NCBI GenBank assembly: GCA_047495785.1
Contig: JBLDXI010000020.1
Coordinates: 2,790,001-2,854,000, forward strand
From: Lepidodermella squamata
Taxonomy: Eukaryota; Animalia; Gastrotricha
Direction of reading: 5' to 3'
Length of the DNA stretch: 64,000 nucleotides
Position 1 is the first letter of the stretch, and each line of letters begins with the position of its first letter. The translations under genes and the position numbers were made by a program. Below are positions 57,903 through 64,000 of this stretch, piece after piece. The notes beneath the pieces are model-generated. The model saw nothing but the letters and a program-made list of their open reading frames with translations, ran no database searches and had not been told where the DNA came from.

Positions 57903-59382
57903 TCACGAAAGCTGCCTTTCATGAGAAATAAAATCTGGCAATCCGAAATCTTCTTGTTCGGTCAAACCGCATTTCTTATGGCGGAACTGTCCTCTGAAGC
58001 GGAACCATTTGTTAGCGACCCACTTGTGCCCGCGTATTACAGGGCAGCCGCCGTGATAAGTGCTTTGGTGCGCCGTTTCGTTGCGGTGCATGTTGAACCA
58101 GAAGAGACCTGTCCCTTTAACGGGCATTACACGAAGTCGCAAGACACTGAACATCGTACCACCACCTTCTTCCACGTCGTTGAAGTACATGAGCAGAGTT
58201 GCAATTCGATCACCGAGATTGTTGTCTACAGTTGGGGCCATGAAATCAACATGAGGTCTGTAGTGGCCACCAATACCATATCGATTCACCTGTCATATCT
58301 TACAATATAGAAAGTAATTGTATGCATTACACAGCTTTACCTGATACTGTTCACACCCATCTCCATCAAATGCGTTCATGCCGAAAATAGCCCCGATCCG
58401 TCGGGTCAGCTGCGGTACAACGTCAGAGGACACCCATGAAACTGCTGAACGCCTGCTGTCGTATGCAAGTAGTGCCCTTCGATTTTCGTGGTCTACCGTT
58501 GTAGCCGGTGCCAATGTTTTTTCGGCCTCAGATTTGAGAGTCTCAGCCTCCGACGAGGTAAATAAGTCGTAGATCATCACAGCCATTGGGTCTAGGCTTA
58601 GGATCTCCTCTTTCACGGGCTGCAAGATGAGATATGGATGATTGTTCCGATTGTCGTAACGACAGTATAACCTGGGATCAGCCGCTCTCTCTTGAAGACT
58701 AATTTCGGCGTATTCATTGCGACACATGTCGTACTCAAAGATGGCCTCGAGTTCTTTCGCCTTTTTCATTTGAAAGTCTTCAGTAGCCGTTTCTAAAGAT
58801 GAACCATTAGCCTGTAAGATGATGGAATATAGCATATCTGCGAATCAAAACATGAATACTTACTCTGAGGTAGAAAAGTATAGCATGCTGAGGAAGCTCT
58901 GATGCCAGTTTAAGGAAGTAGAGCCGTTTTTCCTCATTATTAGCTACTTCGGGCTGCTGTAGAGCAGATAAAACCGCTTGCAAAGCTTCCTCCGTTGTAC
59001 CGGACTCTAACGCGGCAAAATGAATGCCGTTGACGATTTCATCGAGCGGGATTGTGTTTCGATAACCGGAATCCCGTGTTAAGTTATAAGCCTGCCAAGC
59101 CTTGTTGAGAAGTCGTAGTGCAGTTTTTGGGTCTTGGCGGAACATTCGGAAGCCCTCGGTAAAAAGAATCGCCTCATCTCCTGGTTCGCAGCCATTATTT
59201 CGAGTCAGCGGGTGAAATTTACAGAGTTTTAGTATAAGAGAACCGATTTCAATCTCGTTAACTCGAGCCGCAATTTTCTTTCGAAAATAAATGGCCGAGT
59301 TATTACCGGAAAAAGCCACAAGGCAGCTTGCAATCGCTGCTACCAGTAGGAGTAGTAAAGCTAACTTGTCTACCTTATCCAT
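57903..59382 (-). CDS. Prolyl 4-hydroxylase alpha-subunit-like, about 458 aa
   Basis: Exons 59382-58864, 58811-58341, 58289-57903 join in frame. Motifs HPYLILQPVKEEILSLDP, YGIGGHYRPHVDF, DRIATLLMYFNDVEEGGGT and YHGGCPV..KWVANKWF. Confidence 0.92.
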
Positions 59383-59891
59383 TTACTCTAATAATAGCCC
59401 AGCGTTGACTTGTCATTCAACCAGGTTCGGCAGCGCGCCATGCATTGAGTCGTATCGTAAATATTTGCCTAGGCCTCTTCTTTCTCATTCCTGCGCATTG
59501 CATACTACCGAGCCGCTTACCTACACTCCTGAATAAAGGAAACATTGGGTTATCTCATAAATGAGTGAGAATAAGGGACGCGTCATTTAATCCTTATTTA
59601 GTTCGACAATTTGACTTGTTGACACCCTAACCGTAGTTTAAATTAGGAAAATGGGTGCTCGGGATTCATCAGACTAAACAAGTAATCGAACTACGTCTAT
59701 ATAGTATCTCCGTGTTGCTGTGACGCTTAATTAGCGGATCAAAATTAGCCCCAGTCTGAATTTTATCACGGAATGTTTTTTCTTCAGACCGGCATGACGG
59801 CTGCTAATGGGGGCTGAATGCGTGGGGTTGACACAAATATCGCCTCAAGACTATCACAGAATAACTTTTCCGAGCAAAAATCAAAGAAGAG

Positions 59892-62315
59892 ATGCTTTGC
59901 AGGGCTCATTTTCTTGTCATATTTCTAATATCGGCTGTAACACACCTTTCAACTGGAATGAAAACCAAGCGATTGCGAATTTTGGTGACTTATCCAATCA
60001 CAGGCTCGTCGGTAAAAATTGTCGATCGTCTTGTAGGCTACAATATTCTTCTCGATATTGTCAACAACCGGCCGGACATTTTGCCGGACTACAAGCTTGA
60101 AGTAGAGTATGGCGATGAAATGTCTGGCGGAAACAACGCCCCAACTGCTATGATGAACTGGCTGAGGAAAATGGAGAGCGTGCAGGCCGGTCAACAGCTC
60201 TACCCATCCCCGATAGCCTTGACTGCTGCGAACAGCAACGGTTGCAAAGGAAATGGGTTCTTCATCCATCATGTTAACATGGTGACTGTCTCAGGCACCT
60301 GTACGGCTTCACTCCTTGCAGACAGGAGTCGCTTTCCTAATTTGTACCTTACAATGCCCGTTGCTGGACCAAAAAACTACGGCTACGTTCGTTTTGTAAA
60401 AGAAATCGGGAAATGGCGGCGACTTGGTCTTATGACATCTCCTGACAACTCCAACGACTTTAATGCAGCTCTATCATTCCACCAAATCGCTACGAAGCAA
60501 GACATCGATTTCGCTTGGTTTGATGCACCTATCAAGTTTGACATTGAACGGGCTGCGTCTCTTAAAGCCAGCGATGCGAGAATTATAGTTGTCATGACTT
60601 CATCCAGAGCCGTTGCCATTACCTTCCACTGTACTGCACACCAGGCTGGTATTTTCGGGCCGCGTTACCTATTCCTTGTTTTTGACAACGCTTTCTCGAA
60701 CCCTTCTTCGTTGGCGGACGACGCCATTCCAACAGGCTGTTCACGATCCATACTGTATGAACAGATAAGGCAGACATATTGGATGGTTGATTTGGACGGA
60801 ATGGTTGACCTCACCCAGCGGAACTCATTAGGACTAACTCGGGCTGATCTGGATGATTTAATCTGGTACTACAAGAATTCCTCGATTCCAGGACCAGACT
60901 ACGATTCCCGTCTGCCACATCTTGACGCGATGACGCTTATAATTTTGGCATTAAATAGGACTGAGACCTTACTAGGGGCAGAGAACTTGTCTCTCAGTGA
61001 TTTCAGCACAAATGGCGAGCGGATTATGCAGTTGGCCAATCGTTCAGTGTTAACAACTGACTACTATGGATTGAGGGCTCCGCGCGTTCGGTATGACGCA
61101 AATGGTCAATTATTCGGTTTGCCTGGTTTTGTAAGTTACTGGACCCCAGATAGGTCTTTCGAAAAGATAGTTCAGATCGATCAATTTGAGAATAGCTCCT
61201 CGGAATCGTATGATGCCTACACTGTTAGATATTTAAAACGTCTTAGGTGGCCTAGCGAAGACGGACGTGTCCCGCGTGACTCCAGGGGACTGATTACTGA
61301 AATTCAGGAACCGGCGGCATCTTTCTTAATCGGGATCTCTTTCTTTGCTGCGATTTTATTTGTAATCCAATCGATCGGAATCGTGATTTTAGCTGTACAT
61401 TCGAAAATATCGTCCTTATGCTACTCCATGGTCGAAATGAAAGGCGTGGGCTTGGTGGGTTGTCTGATTCTAGACATCGCCGCTGTCTTGTTCGCGGTTC
61501 AAAATCAAGATACCGCACATGTATTATGGGTACTGCGTATCTGTTCTATTCCTATCGCAATGTCGCTGATAACAGGAGCGACTCTTTTAAGATCGATTTT
61601 CTACCTGAAGCAGACTGTCTGTCGTGCGTCTGCATACTGCAACAACCAAAGGCAAAGTAGCGTTTACGAAATGCAGCGCCCGAGAGCTATGAGTATTTCA
61701 GCAAGAAACAGTACAAATATGCAACGACCCAGAACAATGACTACAACAAATTCTTCGGCCATGAATTACAGGCTTGATGAACATATCAGAGGTGCCGAGG
61801 AAAGGAAGTATGATAGCAAAGTCAAACAAGCTCGAAAATGCGTTTGCGGTATTGTTGGGATCAACCTGGGTATTTTGATTGCATGGTTAGCTGGCTTCAA
61901 GTTGGAATGCGCATTGATTTTAGCTGGGCTGCCTATTTACGACGTTGTGAAAGATTCGGAGTATCGAAGTTTTGTCATCACATGCGTTACACCTCATCAT
62001 TCCGCTTGGCTAACAACTTTGGTTGCGTTGAATTTGGTTCTTATTATGATATCCTGTCTGGCGACTTTTAAAATGCGGCACTCTAGGAATTGCGCCGTTG
62101 AAAGTAATGAAATAGCATTAGCCGTTTGTTTCCTGGCTTCGATATTTTCAGCGACCCTCTTAATTCTGCTTATTCTGGGTGATGTCTATCGTCAACAGTC
62201 GACTGTTGCGATTACTTCGCTTATCGTCTCAATGGTGATGAGCGCCACCTGGTTGAGCGGAAATGTGAAACACTTAATCGCGCATTTATCGCCGAAAATA
62301 TTCTATCGCGCGTGA
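59892..62315 (+). CDS. Divergent GABA-B-like class C GPCR (Venus flytrap + 7TM), intronless, 807 aa
   Basis: Signal peptide; VNNRPDILPDYKLEV, LADRSRFPNLY, LKASDARIIV, WPSEDGRVPRD; seven hydrophobic helices; ESNEIALAV before TM6; no Cys-rich domain. Confidence 0.85.
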   Translation: MLCRAHFLVIFLISAVTHLSTGMKTKRLRILVTYPITGSSVKIVDRLVGYNILLDIVNNRPDILPDYKLEVEYGDEMSGGNNAPTAMMNWLRKMESVQAGQQLYPSPIALTAANSNGCKGNGFFIHHVNMVTVSGTCTASLLADRSRFPNLYLTMPVAGPKNYGYVRFVKEIGKWRRLGLMTSPDNSNDFNAALSFHQIATKQDIDFAWFDAPIKFDIERAASLKASDARIIVVMTSSRAVAITFHCTAHQAGIFGPRYLFLVFDNAFSNPSSLADDAIPTGCSRSILYEQIRQTYWMVDLDGMVDLTQRNSLGLTRADLDDLIWYYKNSSIPGPDYDSRLPHLDAMTLIILALNRTETLLGAENLSLSDFSTNGERIMQLANRSVLTTDYYGLRAPRVRYDANGQLFGLPGFVSYWTPDRSFEKIVQIDQFENSSSESYDAYTVRYLKRLRWPSEDGRVPRDSRGLITEIQEPAASFLIGISFFAAILFVIQSIGIVILAVHSKISSLCYSMVEMKGVGLVGCLILDIAAVLFAVQNQDTAHVLWVLRICSIPIAMSLITGATLLRSIFYLKQTVCRASAYCNNQRQSSVYEMQRPRAMSISARNSTNMQRPRTMTTTNSSAMNYRLDEHIRGAEERKYDSKVKQARKCVCGIVGINLGILIAWLAGFKLECALILAGLPIYDVVKDSEYRSFVITCVTPHHSAWLTTLVALNLVLIMISCLATFKMRHSRNCAVESNEIALAVCFLASIFSATLLILLILGDVYRQQSTVAITSLIVSMVMSATWLSGNVKHLIAHLSPKIFYRA

Positions 62316-62808
62316 GTGAAAAACCTGGCGTTGACAATCTGATACTCTTGATACTCTTCAGATTGTGTCAGAATGTCTGTGCAAGTGTGCATCACAGCGG
62401 AAGCTATAGGACCTATCGTGCGGAGATTCTAATTTCAACTAAGATAAAATCTAATTCAATACTGTGCTCTGATATGGATAACTATATACCATTGTCTTTA
62501 AGAGTAGGATACCTGTGGGATTAAAAATTTGTTGAAAGGTTCATCGATTTAAATTCAACACGATGTTACTTCCGTGAATGAAATGAAAAATAAAAATAAA
62601 TGACTCAACTAGCAGCTCTAGCCGTGAGACCCACAGTAAGTCTCATTGCTCCAGCGATATTCCCGCTGAGCAGCCTGAAGTGACATAGGTGTTTACTTGA
62701 CAGGATCCGGATCCAGGAATGAAATTTCAGTTTGCTGACGAAGATCATTTGATGCTGGCAGGCGTCTTCCACGTAGATTTACAATTTGAAGCTCTTTCTT
62801 TTGAAAAA

Positions 62809-64000
62809 ATGAAGATGAAACTTATTCAAACAGTCGCCTTGCTTGCTTTTCTTTGCAGTGCTCAAACTCTCAGCGGTGCTAAGTTGAAGCGATTGAGGAT
62901 AATGGTTACATACCCCATAACCGGAGCAATTATCCGAATTGTCGATCGCCTCTATGGCTACAACGTTCTGCTTGACATCGCTAACAATAGGAGTGACATT
63001 CTACCAGGTTATAAGCTCGAGGTCGAATACGGCGATGAGACTGGTAGCGGAAATAATGCTCCCACTGCTGTTATGGGTTGGCTGAGGAAGATGGAGACTA
63101 CAAAGGAGCCTGATCTAAACCCATCTCCTATAACTCTTGCTGCAGCGAACGGCAACGGCTGCAAAGGTTTAGGTGTATTCATTCATCACGTCAATTTAGT
63201 GACGGTCTCAGGAACTTGCACAGCCTCATATCTGGCTGAAAGAAACAGGTACCCCAATTTGTATCTAACCATGCCAGTTGCAGGACTCAGAAACTACGGT
63301 TACGTTCGATTTGTGCGTGAAGTTGGCAGATGGAATCGCTTGGGACTGATAGCCACGCCTGATAGCTCCAATGATTTCAGTGCTGCTCTCTCTTTTCATA
63401 GAATTGCAACCCAACAGGGTACAGAATTCGCATGGCTAGACGCGCCGATAAACTTTGATTTGGAGCGAGCTAATTCCCTGAAACAAAGCGATGCGAGAAT
63501 CATTGTAGCAATGACGTCACAGCGCGCCGTTGTTATACAGTTTCATTGCGTAGCTTATCAAGCTGGCATTACGGGTCCACGGTATATTTTCATAACTTTC
63601 GACAATGCTTTTGCGAATCCTGCAACTCTGACTGACGACGCGATACCGTTTGGTTGCTCACGCTCAATTATCTACAAGCAGCTGAAACAAACCTACTGGA
63701 TGGTCAATTTGGATGGGATGGTCGACCTTACTCAACGAAGTTCTCTCGGTCTGACGAGAGCTGACTTGGACAATCTCATCTGGATGTATAAAAACTCGTC
63801 GATTCCAGGTCCTGATTACGACTCACGACTACCTCATCTTGACGCCATGATGCACATAATTCTGGCGCTGAATAAAACTGAAGCCATGCTCAACGCAGAG
63901 AATCTAACACTTAGTGACTATAAAACGAATGGCAGCCGGATTATGCAGCTAGCGAATCGCTCGGTGCTAACAACTGACTACTTTGGTCTGAGAACTCCAA
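62809..64000 (+). CDS. Tandem paralog of the class C GPCR; runs off the right edge
   Basis: MKMKLIQTVALL..KRLRIMVTYPITG..NNRSDILPGYKLEVEYGDE is colinear with 59892-61080, with no stop seen before the window end. Confidence 0.85.
   Translation, partial: MKMKLIQTVALLAFLCSAQTLSGAKLKRLRIMVTYPITGAIIRIVDRLYGYNVLLDIANNRSDILPGYKLEVEYGDETGSGNNAPTAVMGWLRKMETTKEPDLNPSPITLAAANGNGCKGLGVFIHHVNLVTVSGTCTASYLAERNRYPNLYLTMPVAGLRNYGYVRFVREVGRWNRLGLIATPDSSNDFSAALSFHRIATQQGTEFAWLDAPINFDLERANSLKQSDARIIVAMTSQRAVVIQFHCVAYQAGITGPRYIFITFDNAFANPATLTDDAIPFGCSRSIIYKQLKQTYWMVNLDGMVDLTQRSSLGLTRADLDNLIWMYKNSSIPGPDYDSRLPHLDAMMHIILALNKTEAMLNAENLTLSDYKTNGSRIMQLANRSVLTTDYFGLRTP

Overview
Eukaryotic DNA from an invertebrate animal with a compact genome (many GT-AG introns of about 50-65 nt); the taxon cannot be fixed from the sequence alone. 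Genes in order: BPTF/NURF301-like (partial), an intact two-ORF LINE, FAM227-like, a PC1/3-like proprotein convertase, an intronless NIDO-AMOP-VWD protein, XPF/ERCC4 (its introns host a LicD gene, a LicD pseudogene, MITEs and transposon relics), PIGG, RIM/unc-10, two tandem alpha7-like nicotinic acetylcholine receptor (nAChR) genes, a prolyl 4-hydroxylase, and two tandem GABA-B-like class C GPCRs. Main find: the second nAChR gene (52482-57467) has duplicated, apparently mutually exclusive exons at both faces of the agonist site. There are two 45-nt loop-D exons, and two 2-exon loop C+TM1 cassettes. One cassette has the alpha-defining vicinal Cys-Cys ([10 protein letters not shown]) and the other lacks it (YYDEGGVPW), so one gene can encode both an alpha and a non-alpha subunit. 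It lies 172 bp downstream of a paralog whose pore entry lacks the -1' Glu. PIGG and XPF are only 49 bp apart, which suggests an operon resolved by trans-splicing. All gene models were derived by eye from splice sites and reading frame; family calls come from remembered motifs, not database searches.
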